61,554 bases of DNA, filler included, from Gonapodya sp. JEL0774 (GCA_027604505.1; 6 parts of 6 records of this genome joined end to end with filler, not necessarily neighbours in it); one strand, 5' to 3'. Shown: positions 24,561 to 41,095, counted from the whole stretch's first letter. Numbers and translations are program-made. Notes: a model not told the origin generated them from the sequence alone.

Positions 24561-25408
24561 CACTTTTAGATAAAACATCACCATCTCATGCGGTTTTTCA
24601 TAAATCCCTAGATATGGCTAATTTTTATTGACAATCTGGATGCAAAAACATTCTTGACCGTGGCAATCCCGCGCGCTTTCATGTGCAGTATGATTCATGG
24701 TTCTCACGTTATGCCATTCAAAGTCGACGTTCATGTGTACCTTTGGACCTCTACCGCACTGTTCGTTCATGTCCACCCCTGGATCCCTAATATTTCCAGA
24801 GGGTTCAACCATATATTTCGTTTCGTTTGTGAAACTGTGCAGGGCCTATTATCGGCCAAGCCAGCAATCCCGGTTCAGATGCCGGTGCTTCCTTAGTTAG
24901 TAACCAGCAAGCCAACGAATAGGCGGATTCTTGCTTGGATGGAGGGGACTGTATTTCGTAGTATGAGCGATCGGGCGCTTAAAGCCTTCATGTATATCCG
25001 GTAGTAGGCAATATATGTAGTAGATGTAGAGTAATCCAGATATTCCAGAGGGTCGGAACAATGTGTATCCTGAGGTTTCTGCCGCCCGTATGTGACTCAT
25101 ACTAAATGCTTTACAAGCTTTTTCTACACGCCTGTGTTTCTCTGCATGGTCTCCATTTACTTTTAGTCTTTCGACACTTTCAGCTTTCCTGTACTCTAGA
25201 AATCTAGCTTCTTTGTTCTGTGAGCCAGCGTACCCGATTACTTTTGCGGGTTCAGAGAGGTTCAGAGGCAGTTGCTGAGTGCATGCAGCATGGTGAAATA
25301 TATTACGAATCTATGTGAACAGGCAATATTATCACCTTGGATCGGGATATATGTTCAGCGATATCATATCAGATCCAAATCGACAGCCCAAAGCCGTTTC
25401 GCAACAGA

Positions 25409-27802
25409 ATGGACAACATGTGCACTCTTTGGAATCTGTTCACGTTCACCAATTTCCTCTCGGCTCTCTGCATCCTCTTTGTCACTGGTTGCTTGCTCTT
25501 CTTCTACAACAACTTTGTTGTGTCTTCCCTGCGCTTTTTGCCAGTGGAATGGAGCTACTGGATGTTTCCTCCACTATGGCTCTTAGTTGCTTTGAGGGGG
25601 AAGGAATTTATCGCACTCAGTCAGATGCACAGAAGGTTCGGAAGTGTCGTGAGGTGAGTCGGCAAGGCAGATCTGAGCTGAGCTGTCTCCGGCCAAAGGA
25701 TCCGCTAGCGTTCAAAGCTGATTGGTTCCCTTGTCGGTCGTCCACAATTAGGTTTGGGGCAGGGGCCATTTCCATCGCAGACCCATAGACCGTGAACCAG
25801 GTATGTTGATCAACCCTGTTTTCTTTGCTCTGTTGGTCGGACCTCGTATGAGCTGAATTCACTTTCATTGCAGATTCTTAAAATCTGGAATTTACCCAAA
25901 CCGAAAAGTGTTTACGGCAACTTTAACTTCTCGAGATCGGTGCGTGATTTGCGTTTAGTTAGTTGGTGCGCTGCAGCACACGTCAATCTGCTCGCGACCA
26001 TCCCCAGTGGGCGCTCAAGCAGGTACATATGTCAACTACGTCTAACATGTGCATACGTTATGTTCCTCTTTTTATGTAGGACCCCGACAACATCCTGTTT
26101 ACCACTTCCGAAACCTACCACAAAAAAGCACGTCGGCTGGTCTCACCAGCGTTCTCCATCAAATACCTGAACTCCCTGGAACCGTTCACTCATCAGGTGT
26201 GGCAGACGTTTCAGAGCAAGGTAGAATTGATGCCAGCAAATGGAAGCGGATGGGCTTCTGTTAATCTGCAAGATTACTTTCAGGTGAGGGTAATTGGTGA
26301 CGATTGGCTTTGACATTGACAAGAAAGATCACGTGACTTCATACCGTGCGTCGACAATCTTTGGCTCCTCACCAGAACATGGCATTTGATATTATCGGCA
26401 TGACGGCATTTGGGGAGTCTTTTGGAATGGTAGAAACAGGTACGTTGCGTCCACTCATCTACTATTGCACCATCAGTTCACTCTGCATGATGTCCTTCCA
26501 CGTTCTTGTGCAATGAATCCAAGGCAACCATCCCGTGCTCACCGCCCGCCGTGCAAACTTTCAATTTTTGGTCATGAAGGTCGTATTCCCCATTCTCAGT
26601 TACATTGACTACCGCCTGCTCCCTATACGAGACTCTGTGGACATTGAACAAAGCGCACTTGCCAAGGTCTACACCAATCGTATAGCACTCAATAATGCTG
26701 GGCAGCGCCGCGTGGACATTCTCCAGATGCTGATTGACTATGAGGATCCGCGAACTGGAGAGCGTCTCACACAACAAGAGATTGAGGCTACGACAAGAAT
26801 AATCAACGCCGCCGGAAGTGAGACTACGGGCAACGCAATGACGTGGGTCATGTATTTCCTCCTCAAACATCCTACTGACCTCGCAAAGCTCCGCTGTGAA
26901 TTGGATGCAAGCTTCCCCGATGGACTTGAGGCACATTTGGAGCTGGCCAGGCTCAAGTCCCTGCCGTTCTTAGACGCAGTTATCAAAGAGTCAATGAGGA
27001 TGAAGCCCGGTGCACCGAGTATTTCAAGAGAGGCACCTGAGGACACATTGCTCACTTTTCACGATGCAGACGGGAATCAAAGTGAGGTGTTCGTACCGTC
27101 TGGGACTTTGGTAAGCTGTCGTTGTTTTGCTTAGTACAGCGTGTTTGAGTAATTGCTTGCTTTCCACTGGATGAACAATCCACTAAGATCGAAGCATCCT
27201 TTTTCGCAAGCCATCGGAGCCCACAGAGTGAGTTTGTCATTCATCATCTGTTGGATGATCAAAACACTAATCCCCTCCGAATCTTCTCCTAATTCCACCC
27301 TTTTAGTCTGGCTCCACCCTGATGACTTTCTCCCGGAGCGCTGGCTAGAAGGTGCCACCAGTACGGAGGATGAGGAAGTGTGTGGTGTGCGTGATCAAGC
27401 GCCGCAGAAAGAGATCAATGCTGACGCCGGGGTCGGCCCTACTTGGGGGAAACCAAAGTTGGTCAACCGCGATGCAGTTTGGCCATTCTCAGCTGGCTCC
27501 AGGTACGTACTACATCCTCAATGACTTTCTTGCAATTCGTGATCACGGGCTCATCCGCTTTGGGGGAAACCCGTCGTATTTTGTTCCTCCCCGAATCCCA
27601 CTACCACAATTATGTAAGGGACTGCATTGGCAAAAACTTTGCACTGAACGAAGTGCGGATTCTTGTAGGTTACCTGGTCCGCAGATTTGATTTGGTGCCA
27701 ATGTTTGATACTAGTAAGGAGATTGAGGGCGCGACGTTCATTACCTTGGCGGCCGATATGAAAGGGGGCTTGCCGGTTATGTTGAGACTGAGGAAAGAGT
27801 GA
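25409..27802 (+). CDS. cytochrome P450 (multi-exon) with an in-frame TAG at 25786-25788; possible pseudogene
   Basis: N-terminal TM anchor, RRLVSPAFS, AFDIIGMTAFGESFG, I-helix AGSETT, ExxR (ESMR), PERW, and heme motif PFSAGSR|DCIG split by an intron. Confidence 0.92.
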
Positions 27803-28437
27803 CGATCGTTTTATTGTTGACTGCTTGTGTGTCGACCGCCTTAGCTTCCTCTATTTTTTGTTGTGCACGTAATCCTTGTTTGTTATGTAACTGAGCGGGC
27901 ATTCTGCTGTTCTTTTTTTGGTATATGATTATCTGTCATCATTCTTCTGTGCTAAATGCATTTCCCCAACGCGCAAGTCGCAGTTGAGGCGCACCACTGT
28001 GGTACGATCCAACGTACGAATTACGTACTTACACCGCATGCACGCGCTTGGAGCATGGCGACATAGACGTACCTTGAGTTGAACCTTTCGAATTCCGTTG
28101 TGGGCATTTCCGGTGGATTACACGCTGCTCCTTCGGCAGGAGGTACTAGGTTTACGTTGCGGACTCAATACTCATACCCATGCAGCCTTTGTCTAGGAAA
28201 TATTGGGACGCCCATCACGTCACCCGCTGCGCCCAAACGCGACAAACGCGACCCGTTGCAAGTGACAAATCTATTTTTCCCCTTCCAAACTCCACATGCC
28301 ACACACAGTATGATGGGAAAACTTATATAAAATCTACATGAACGCCCGATAGTGCACGACTCGCGCCACTCGATCGAGACCACCGCACCCTCACTGGGTA
28401 CTTTTGGTGACCAGCAGCGCTCGGGCGGGAAGGCTGC

Positions 28438-30831
<2,394 letters not shown>

Positions 30832-31386
30832 NNNNNNNNNNNNNNNNNNNNNNNNNNNNNNNNNNNNNNNNNNNNTTAATTAATTAANNNNNNNNNNNNN
30901 NNNNNNNNNNNNNNNNNNNNNNNNNNNNNNNAATGAATGTCACATTACCCAACCACACCGGCGGCACATGAAACATAAAAGTCCCATTTACGGGCTTACA
31001 GAACCACCTGCCATACTCGCAGGCTGTAAAAGTTAATGTACATGCGAGTCACATCTACTGTGCTCTTACCAAACTATTGCGTGCCCCCAAATTTGTCACG
31101 CCGTCTCACGAGGAGAAAAGGGGGCGTAACTATGTAAGCAATGTGCTTTGATTCATCAGCCACCAAATGGACATATTAATGGAAGCTCGAGCAAGTATGT
31201 TATGTGATCGGGGGAAGTTTTGCCGATCAGTGGAACCATTGCCGAACTCATTCTCAAAGGCAGCCATCTTCACCCCTTCTCAGACCCCAACTGACGACAG
31301 TCGACAGTGCCATCAATTTCAGTGGAGTGTGACTTTCAGGGTTTCTAGAAGAGAGGGACTTTCGCTCGTGTGCAACGAAACATAAT

Positions 31387-32760
31387 ATGCTCGCGGTGGC
31401 AGACAATGACAGGTGGCGGCCACATCCCAGCCTCGCAGACATCGATGTCGCAAATGCTGAAGGCTGGGCCTCCCTGTCAGTCGTCGACTATTCAGGGGAT
31501 GATGCGTCTGTGGGGCAAGCGATCGTCCAAGCATGCGAGGAGAGCGGCTTTTTCGTTCTCGTGAGAAGCACCATTTGAGTTCTTCATCGTTTACCTTGAT
31601 TATGTCAATTTGGTGCAAAGGTGAATCATCCTGTCTCTCGAGACCGCATTGTTGAAGCATTTGAACTTGGTCAAACGTTCTTCTCTGAGACACCGGAGGA
31701 CGAGAAAATGGAGTATTCCTTCGAAAAGATGAATTCTAATTGTAAGATCTTTGCATTGGTCTCGCGCTTTTATTGTGTAACCATAGCAACGTCGCCATTG
31801 AAGACTTCGGATACAAGCCTAAAGGGACGCATTTGGTGAATAAGCGGGGGACAAAGGACGGATTTTCTATGTTCAACAGTGAGATCCCACCCCTTGCTTC
31901 CCTGCTATATGCTATTTATATTGTGCGCATCAGTTCAGAAGCCAGGCAGTCCAGGTGTTCCAAGTCGTCCTCTGCCAACCCTGCTCTCATCTCGCGAAGC
32001 TCAAGAGATAATACATCCACTCTCTCGTGACTGCTATGTAATTGCACGCCGATTGTTGAGGCTCATGGCTGAGACGCTAGGCATAATCCCATCGGAGATT
32101 CTCGATCACCATCGGTGGGAGGAACGCTCGGGTTGTCATCTGCGCTTCATGGAGTACAAGCCGGAACGAAATATCCACGATGAAGCCGGTGAGTTGGAAC
32201 TCGACAGAGAGGTGCTGTACTCCGTTACAGAATGCGCTGAAGATGAACGAATATCGGATTGACACTTGACAGACGACCCGAATCGGATCCAAGAACACAC
32301 GGATATAGGTACTCTAACCCTCTTATTCGCACAGCCGGTAGCTGGTCTCAAGATTCTTCAGCCGGATGGTGTCTGGAGGTATGTTAAGCCCGCCGACTAT
32401 GGAGCAATTGTGTGCAATGGTAAGTGCACGTATGTCAACACGGAAACTGATTTCCCTGCTTTATCATGCATGATAATTATGGCCAATTAGTTGGTGACAT
32501 ATTAATGGCGATTTCTGGTGGTAAATGTAAGGGGTGCTCGCGCGCCAGTTGGAAAACTCCAGTTTTCGCCTCCACCGTCCTCCTTCGCCCCCAGTTCAAT
32601 CGACTTGGCATACTGTAACTCGACCCCCTGCACCACAGCAGGATTGCACGCGATATAGCTTGGTCTTCTTTGTCAGGTAGGCGTAACATGTCACCTAATC
32701 GTCAGTTCCCAGTTTAACCATCAACGCGCTGCTGTTTTGTTAGACCTGAGGTGCATTAAG
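31387..32760 (+). CDS. 2-oxoglutarate/Fe(II) dioxygenase, isopenicillin N synthase-like family (3' end uncertain)
   Basis: QACEESGFFVL|VNH, FGY, LRFMEY, HTDIGTLTLLFAQPVAGL, IVCN|VGDIL, STWHTV, RYSLVFF. The HxD...H and RxS motifs are intact. Confidence 0.92.
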
Positions 32761-33343
32761 ACAGAATGCGGTGCTCTTCAGAGTGTGATTGACTAAAGGT
32801 ACAACCCGTGTTCCTCCAGGACAATTTCGTTTGTCGGCCTCTTGTTTCGGTCCCTGAAAATGAGCTCTCCGCGTTCCAACCGATTCGGTTTGAAGATTGG
32901 ATGTGAGTTCGTGCTCTTTTTCGCGATTAAGCCCTGTCTTGACGTCGTGGGACCCATCGATACTCACAGAAATAATAAGATCACCGGCTTGCAACGGAAG
33001 GGCAGCGAATGTGAGGTGGTGCGCCTCCACAAACGGTGTTTTACATTGATAACCCTACACGTCTCGCGCCCTGCACTCCCGTTTACTTTACTTCCAGATT
33101 CCATGCTCGCGCCAACCCCAGATACCCGCAAGAACTGGAGAACAATGCTCGAAGCCGGATACGGGCGTCCGAATGTCTAGTTCTGACAGTCAATCACTAA
33201 GACCAACTTTCTTTGTCATTTCCTCCAATCGTGTATCGCGCTTTACGTTCCTGTCGCACATTACATATTTCATTGTCGTTTGGTTCGGTTCACTAATACC
33301 CGTCCGCCGAACGGACTCACAAGCAGTATACCACATCCCTTCG

Positions 33344-34910
33344 ATGTCCCAACCAATCAATCACCAAATTCTAGGCAACTTACAGCACATCAAGTTTGAA
33401 ATCAAGGATGAAATTGCTTTGGTCTCGCTGAACAGGCCGAGATACAGAAACACAATTGCACGGCGAACTGTTTTCGAGCTGGACTCAGTTCTGACGCTGC
33501 TAGGCAACGACGACGCCGTGAAAGTCATAGTTCTGCGAGCGGAAGGTGATCACTTTTCCTCTGGTGAGCATGCCCAACACTTTCCGAATGGTCCCACACG
33601 GTGTTCGGGAGGCTGATTCACAAGAATCCGTCATATGTATTACATCGCCAGGACATGACCTGGGCACTCCCGACCACAAGGCAGACGAGCTTACTAAGCG
33701 TTTGGAAGGTCAAGGCTTTAGAGGGGAATACGAAAAGTGGAGCTCTAATGACGTCGAAGCCATCTTGAGGATGCGACAGGTCCCTAAACCGAGTAAGATT
33801 GGTTCTCTTGGCAGTCGCGCTCGTTATGATTGGTTCTGACCCTGCATTACAGTTATATGCGCAGTGAAAGGCTATGTAATCTTTCATGGAACAGCAATCA
33901 TGAGTGCCTGCGATATTGTTATCGCTGCTGACAATGTGAAGATCATGCCAACTCTCCGTGAGTGCCGACAGCTGTTTAGCTCAACAAGCGGCGAGTCCAA
34001 CTGAGATTTCGGAGGTAGTCCAAGCCAATACCCTCCCATACGACCTCAATCTCAACACTCGCAAGTATCGGGAGATCGTAATGTCGAAACGATTTATCCT
34101 AGGAGATGAAGCCGAACAGATTGGATACGTGAACCGTATTGTGCCTCTTGATCTGCTGGATGAAGAGTGCTGGAAGTGCGCGAAGGTAATCGCAAAGTCT
34201 GATCCGTGAGTAAACCTAACGGAACATCAGAGACTCCGGGCTATCAGTTCGCGAAAATTTTATGTTACTTTAAACACACATACCAGCTTCCAGCTTCGGA
34301 TGATCAAGGTTGCATGTAACGGGGTGAATGGCGTTCTTTGGCTACTGGTAGTCCGATCCTTTCTCAATGTCACTCCCCTCACTATGCGCAACCTCCAGGC
34401 CCAAGATGCTGCCGGTTACACTTCGCACGTTCGTGCATCGCTGTCAGCATACGGCACGGTGAGTGTTTGGTGACATTCTGCACAATGCTCTTAATGTGGT
34501 TTATTTGACGTGCATCTCACCTTCAGAGTCGTGCTGGGGCGAACGACCCCTTATCCACTCTGAATTATAAGGCTGGCATTGAAAGCAAAAGTCTCGCACC
34601 CATTCCGGTGAGTTGACAAGTGACAATCCGATCACGTAATGCTCCTGATATTTCAATTCCCCACTAATTTCGAATATGAAACAAAACCATGTCCTCCTCT
34701 CACAGTCCGCAGAAAGCCCCGATCTCATGTACTGGTCGAAGACAGCCGTGTCAGAAAATGCTGGAAAGCGAATTGGAAAATTGTAATTCTGCTTCGACAC
34801 CATATGTTTATCAATCGACAGGACGACGAGTTCACGGTTCACATGTTCAGATTCAAATAATCGTCGATATGCAGAATATCATGTACAAATCCGATAGTAA
34901 CCAGGAGTAA
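33344..34910 (+). CDS. enoyl-CoA hydratase/isomerase (crotonase) family, multi-exon (3' end uncertain)
   Basis: IALVSLNRPRYRNTI, VKVIVLRAEGDHFSS|GHDL, VPKP..ICAVKGY, ACDIVIAAD, EAEQIGYVNRIVP. Confidence 0.9.
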
Positions 34911-34944
34911 CTGAACACGCCGTTCACGGACAGGAGATTGTAGT

Positions 34945-35601
34945 TTATCTCCAATGCGATTTCTTCTCCGCGTTCGTCCTTTTACATTCCCCACAGCCAC
35001 AACTCTTCGCATTAGGTTTTAGAGGTTTCAGATGGATAGACCGAACATGTCGTGCGAGGTCCGATCTTCGAGTGAACGTGGTGCCACAAATTTCTCCATC
35101 CTGCAAGCGGCAAGGGAGTGAGCAAATGCACCTTTGACCATCCACGGACTTTGAGATCTTATTGATTTGCTGCATATCCGTGGTTTCCGTTGGTAAAGTG
35201 GGTGGGCTGCTCAGCGAATCCAAATGGAGCAGGATATCTGAATTGGAGGGAAACACCGGAGCTGGTTGACGTGCCGTAATACTGCGAGGTGGAGGAGGAC
35301 TAGCGCTTTCAAAAGAAGCAGGAGCAACAGCTGATCTTCGAGCTCGCGAAGGTACTGGCTTCCTTGTGGACGGAGGAGACGGTGGAATGCTAATCCGCCT
35401 GCAAGATTCTCCTGTCTGGCGCGGGTGCACCTCAAGGAGAGGTGCGGGGATGCTGAGTTCTTCAGAAAAACAATCTTGTGGTCCAACTGTGTATGAGATA
35501 AGAGCCCGAGCTTCTCGCCAACTGCCATCTCGACCTCTGACCGGTTGAGCGTTCCGTTGGAGACAGGTGAATGAACGACGTATAGGAATCTCATAGCTCA
35601 C
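34945..35601 (-). CDS. C2H2 zinc-finger protein (3' exon; upstream exons likely)
   Basis: C...ICGTTFTRRSDLARHVRSIH preceded by a Pro/Ser-rich region. Confidence 0.75.
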   Translation of the reverse strand: MSYEIPIRRSFTCLQRNAQPVRGRDGSWREARALISYTVGPQDCFSEELSIPAPLLEVHPRQTGESCRRISIPPSPPSTRKPVPSRARRSAVAPASFESASPPPPRSITARQPAPVFPSNSDILLHLDSLSSPPTLPTETTDMQQINKISKSVDGQRCICSLPCRLQDGEICGTTFTRRSDLARHVRSIHLKPLKPNAKSCGCGECKRTNAEKKSHWR

Positions 35602-37260
35602 CGCTGATATCGGACTCTAGGCACCGAAGGGTCTCTTTCAACTCCGATGGACGGCATGCAAACGCTGGAAAACCGAAAGGATTGTGAGACACATTATCCC
35701 AGGGAGGGTCACTGTACCGACTTACCGAGTGTGCCGTGGACGGGGCGTGGTGGGAGGGTGAACGAAAAGGAACGTTTTGGACCTAGAACGACATACTTGA
35801 CGTAGTGTTTACATGTCCACGTTTGAAAGGACACTCACCGAGGTGCTCGTCGAGCGATGGGTGTCGGAACAGGCTTGTATACCACGATGGTGGAAAGGTC
35901 ATCGAAAGATCTGAGATAAAAATGATCAAAACTTCATCCTATCTTCGCTCATGCATCTCGATTTCAACGCACGTCTCTGATGTCATGCTGGCGCTATCTG
36001 AAAAACCACCATCGCTCAGAGTTTGCAAGTAGGAGTCCTCCGTGCTGTTATCAGCTTCCACACCGACGGTAAAAGTTGCCTCGCTTAGCATAGGGGACCC
36101 GCGTGGAACGTAATGCGAGAAAGCATCTTCCGACGGTCGACCGGCGCCTTCTGATATTGGAGGCGAAACTGATCTCTGGAGACAATGAAGAAAGCAGTCA
36201 GGCCATACTTGGATTCAAAGATAATCTATGCATAGAAAACCTACATGTGAGGCGCTCGGAACATCCAAATTCATCGATGCTGCCGTCGTTTGTGACGCCG
36301 TACACGGTAAAGTAAGTGAGTGTCGATGCGGATTCTCGTGTTTTCGCCAGAGGCCACAAAATCGCCATTTCTTACCAGTTGCGTCTGCTTCGCATTGGTA
36401 CATTAGTACTCCTGGAACGTGGGAGTCCTCCAAAGTCAATTTTCCAAACCCTTCGCCGCCCAGAAGACGAGTGTGATGGATGGTCCAACAGCACAGAAAA
36501 GCAGAGCAAACGATAGCTCTCACCATATTCCTTGACTTCCCCACCAAAGTTGTACCCCGGATCGTACGGCATCTCGCTAGTCTGTCGAAGTAGGAGGATT
36601 GCAATAAACTTTCCCAGCGATCTTTTGCGAACTCGATATAAAGAAACCCCGCACTTTCTTGGCAATGTATCCATCGTTATGCAGGCCTGCGTACTGGTTC
36701 ACGGGCACCATCTGCTGTGGGTGTGCCAAAGAAAGCGCGCGTGTCGACGAAAATGGAAGTCCGGCACCATTCCGAAACTCCGCGTCCCCACTCACGGTGC
36801 TGAAACGTATGACGCTGATCCTTAGTTGTTTAGAGCACCAAAACCTTTCGGGCGGTTTCCGCAATCGATTCTATGTGTGGGTAAAGGCTGGGCGCGTGGT
36901 GTGCATGAAAGCTCCGGCGGCCCCGCCGCACTCACAACCTGGGGGCAACCCCAATTGACTGCAGTCCTCAGAAACTGAGCGCAAACCACGAATCTAACTC
37001 TATGTTTGATCCACCGTTCTCACAAGACGTACACAAGTTAGTTTCGTAAGAGGGCAGTAGTGTTCCCTTCATTTGTATAAAAGCTCGACATCAGTTTCCT
37101 GAGTCATCTTGGGTCACCTGATCCTGATGGCAATTCATGGTTGGTCTGCCATCTGATCAACATTGCAAATTTCTGCCGGTTCCGGGATCAGTTGCCTCTG
37201 TGGCCAAGTTACACTGCCCGCGTAATCACTTGCCATTCTGAACCGGACGAGTTTGACTGC

Positions 37261-38933
37261 ATGGAAAATCTCCCCAGCGAAGTTCTCGCTGTTGTGCTAT
37301 CACTCTGCTCACTCGGCGATGTCCTTGCGGTGGCTGGAGTCTCTCGAACTCTACGTTCTAAAGTGGAATTGTCCCTCACCGAAATTTTCAAAGCGCTCAC
37401 CACATCCACATTCGATAGTCTCACAGCAAATCGTCTCGAGTGCGGAGTACCGTTGTCCAGCGTGGAGAATGAGAGCAGGGTTGACCAATGGCGAACTGTT
37501 TCACCCACCTTTGCGGATTTTCAAGACCGATTCCTCCTCCGTCAAGCACTTCGGGAGAGGACCGGATATCTCTCTCTGGATCATCTTGTTACCTTGACTC
37601 AGATGCTTGCGGAGGACAGTGGCCGAAATGCGGTGTTCCTCTTACGGGGAAAAGGCTCCGACAGTTCCCAAAGCGATGGTATTCAAGAAAAAGGAGCTAT
37701 TCAACAACCCACGTATTCGCGGGTAGCGGACCAAGTACTAAGAGTTATATGGATACACTGGTCGCACGACAGTTTGGCGGCGGTCGCCGGATCCGAGCAG
37801 CAAAAGGTAGACGAGCTGCAAGATCCTTCAGCATATGAAGCTACAAGACGGAGCCAGGATCTGCTTGGTGCGTCCTTAGGACTTCTTGTTCTGGCCTACA
37901 CCGTTCGTAGGTATCCTGTCGCTTCTGTCCCGTTAATTGCTCTGAGCAAGTTACAATGTGATGGTCTCTAGAGATACCAACGTCCAGAGTAATCTCAAAA
38001 CTATTCTTTGATGCCAGCGTGCTAGCGCGAGTGAAGCGCAGAGGGTCTTCCACTGCCCTAGAGAAGCTGCTTGCCGCATCTCTAGCTGCAGTTCATGTGT
38101 GTCAACGCCGCCGCCTCTACCACCCAGCACAGGCAAGGCCGCCTGCAATGCTCCATCCTACTCGCCGACAAATATCCTCTTCAAATGAGCTGCTCCCTAT
38201 ACCCAGACTTTCAAGGCTAGTGAATGCGAGACTAAATGCGAGACTTCCCCAACAAATCGCTTCTTTGACTGGTGCTTATCGAGATGGTGACATTGGCAGC
38301 ACCAGGACGCTTGCAAGAACGCATCCCAACTACTTTATACACTTGAAATCTGATGGTTGTTCCCATCATTCACGGGTGATTACAGTAAGCACCAATGTTT
38401 GTATTCTCATGAGCAGACTCAACGTTCCGTCCATATCCACTTTTATTTCGATGTGGATTTTCTAGCCGATATCAAGCTCTCTAGACGCCACTGTTACACC
38501 GGACTTAGGACGTGCCATCAACTTCTCAGAGTATATGCTTACTGGGTACATCCGCGAGAGTCTTTCAACTGTGCCTCACTTGCTCTTGGGGGCATGGCGA
38601 GGATTCTATCAGTACCATCTTGGTGACAGGAGGATGGATCCAGCGATGACTTTCCATATTTCCATTTGCAAGGGCCAACGTTCCTTTTCGGCATTGGCTA
38701 ATGAAATATCTGCCTCACGGTGGCTCTTGAAGGGCCGCGGTCAAGACGGCAATGGAGACTTTACTTTGAATGGCTACATGTACCTCGACGGAACACTGAC
38801 TATCGAAAAGCAGTGCGGTACTCAACATTGGCAGTATGATGGAATGTTGTTGCCGTATTGTGTCGCAGGCGTCTGGGGGAACGCAGATAGGGCGCCAGAA
38901 GGGACATTTTTATGGTGGAAGGAGTCTCTTTAA
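37261..38933 (+). CDS. F-box protein, multi-exon
   Basis: N-terminal MENLPSEVLAVVLSLCSLGDVLAVAGVSRTLR. C-terminal beta-type domain GAWRGFY...GRGQDGNGDFTLNG...WQYDG..LPYCVAGVWG...GTFLWWK. Confidence 0.8.
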
Positions 38934-39235
38934 ATATCCCGACTCCATATCTTCGGGTGTTTGTGTGATGTATCATGTAAAGTTGAATGTTATGCAAAAA
39001 TTCCCATGATTTCCAACAATGTGTTGATCATAGATGACAGAATTTGTATTGCATCCCGAGACTGAGTGTCACTTTTTCAGACTCTTTCATCTACAGGGTT
39101 CGCATTTTGCGGTATGAGCGGTAGATCCGATGCGGAGGAGCGGAAGACATACCTCTGCCGGAGTAATGAACCCGCACCGAACAATGCTGTCCAGACGTCT
39201 CCACGGACCCAACATAAGCGATGCACTCAAAGTCC

Positions 39236-40740
39236 ATGCCATCATCTATCGAAGGAAAAGTGTGCATCGTCACGGGAGGCGCTGAAGGTGAAAGACCTCG
39301 AACTACACCGGAGTTGCTGCTCGTATCCTTTCGATTCACAGTCAGATTCATTTTACTATCAGGCATCGGCCGGGCGATAGTGGAGCGCTTGCTTTCGCTG
39401 GGAGCTCGGGTCATGATTGCTGATATTCAGGTGGAGCTTGCAAAACGAGGTTTGTCGATTCGCGCTGTGAATCATGTTCGGGACTCAGCGAGCTTCCGAA
39501 TTTCTCGAAAATGGCAGTGATGTCTGAATACGCGAAAGGGGATTCGTCTTTATCAACTCGTGTAGCTTTTCAGAAGACTGATGTTACATCGGCGGATGAT
39601 TGCCGGGCACTGCTGCGAGCAACAGTAGACCAGTTTGGGACGTGTGACGTAATGATCCTGAACGCGGGTTTCAGTGGAAAGCCTTTCCTATCCGAGGTGG
39701 ACTCTGACAGGTGAGCACTCGCTGGTAAACATCACAAATAGAGATACCCACGTGGTCGGCCTTCGATAAAACTCAGTGATGAAAGCTGGTTGAGGGGGAT
39801 GCAAGGGAACCTCATTGGAACTATGTTGCTCTCTAGAATTGGTGCGTCGCTATTCCATTTTGAGCATCTCTCTTCATCGCAGCTGCACCCGTTGTTCACA
39901 TTTTCCCAACCTCTGAACAGCTCTCACATACTGGAACCGAAACGATATTGCTGGGGTGATTGTCATTACTTCATCGATCGCTGGGTTTTTCCCATCCATC
40001 GGTCATCCATGCATGAGTTATGCTGTTTCGAAAGCGGGGCAGAGTAAGTGCTAGATGTTGCGAATTTGTCTCGCCTTGTTGACGAAATGGAGAAATTCGC
40101 ATATGCATCGCTATCTGTACTAATTCACTGGCGATATCAGCCCAGTTCGGTGAGAGTGGCCTCCTCTCTCCACATTGTGCAATGGGAAGTCTGATTAACG
40201 TTGTTTCCTTGTGTCATTAGTTGCAAATCTCCACTTTGTCCTCGAAAAGGCTGCTAAGGAAAAGGGGCTCCAACGTTCACCCATCAGATGCAACGCGATT
40301 ATGCCAGGAGCTGTTTGGACGGGTATCTGGTCTAAGGGACGACATGCTGCTGTACGTCTTCAAGTTGCAATGCCGGGAACATACTCTGATGTGATGTCAT
40401 CACTTCTTTCCTAGGCGAACTACAAAGATCCCGAAGACTTTTTGAGTCGAAACCCCTTCGGTGATGATTATTTCGACAAAATGAATGGCGGCTGGTGGGT
40501 CCCACCCAGCGTGAATCCTGGCCCACTCACTGTTCAAATTATCAAATCCTCGTTTGCAGGACGCCAATGGATAAACTCGTCGATGCATACATAAAGTGTA
40601 TCGAAGATGAATCCATTCGCGGAAGTTGTTTTGTGTTGAATGGTGCAGGAGGTGAGATGTTGCCCTATCCCGCGCCAGGAGCATTGGAGGATGGTGGTTC
40701 TTTGGCATGGGAGAACTACGTCAGTAGAGTGAAGCCATGA
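39236..40740 (+). CDS. short-chain dehydrogenase/reductase (15-hydroxyprostaglandin dehydrogenase-like)
   Basis: VCIVTGGAE|GIG, VMIAD, KTDVT, ILNAG, GNLIG, SSIAG, YAVSK, IRCNAIMPG. Confidence 0.92.
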
Positions 40741-40964
40741 GGGAAATAAGTCCAGACTGGCTGCAATTGGGTTCTCGCAAACTCTCACCTCCCGGAACAA
40801 GGACAATATTTTTAGCATTATAGCAAGGAAGAACTTCTTAGATTTCCATTTGCATTTGAGATACATCCAACAATCATGTATGAAAAACGGATGCACATTG
40901 TTCGGAGATTTGTCACCCACTGATCAACCAAACTGAGCGGAGAGCAGAAAGCAATCTTGAACGA

Positions 40965-41095
40965 ATGGTCAGCTTGAAGGACATAGAACTCATCGAGGCA
41001 GTAGAGGATGGGAGCCCAGCGCTCGTTCAAAGACTCCTCATGGAAGGTGCTGATCCCAATGTGCGGAAAAGGGTGACGCTGACTGTTCGGACGAA
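40965..41095 (+). CDS. ankyrin-repeat protein, 5' fragment cut by contig end
   Basis: LIEAVEDGSPALVQRLLMEGADPNVR is an ankyrin-like repeat. Confidence 0.65.

Noticed and set aside
36100..36960. Short ORFs between the C2H2 and F-box genes
   Set aside because: No recognisable motif or consistent splice model.
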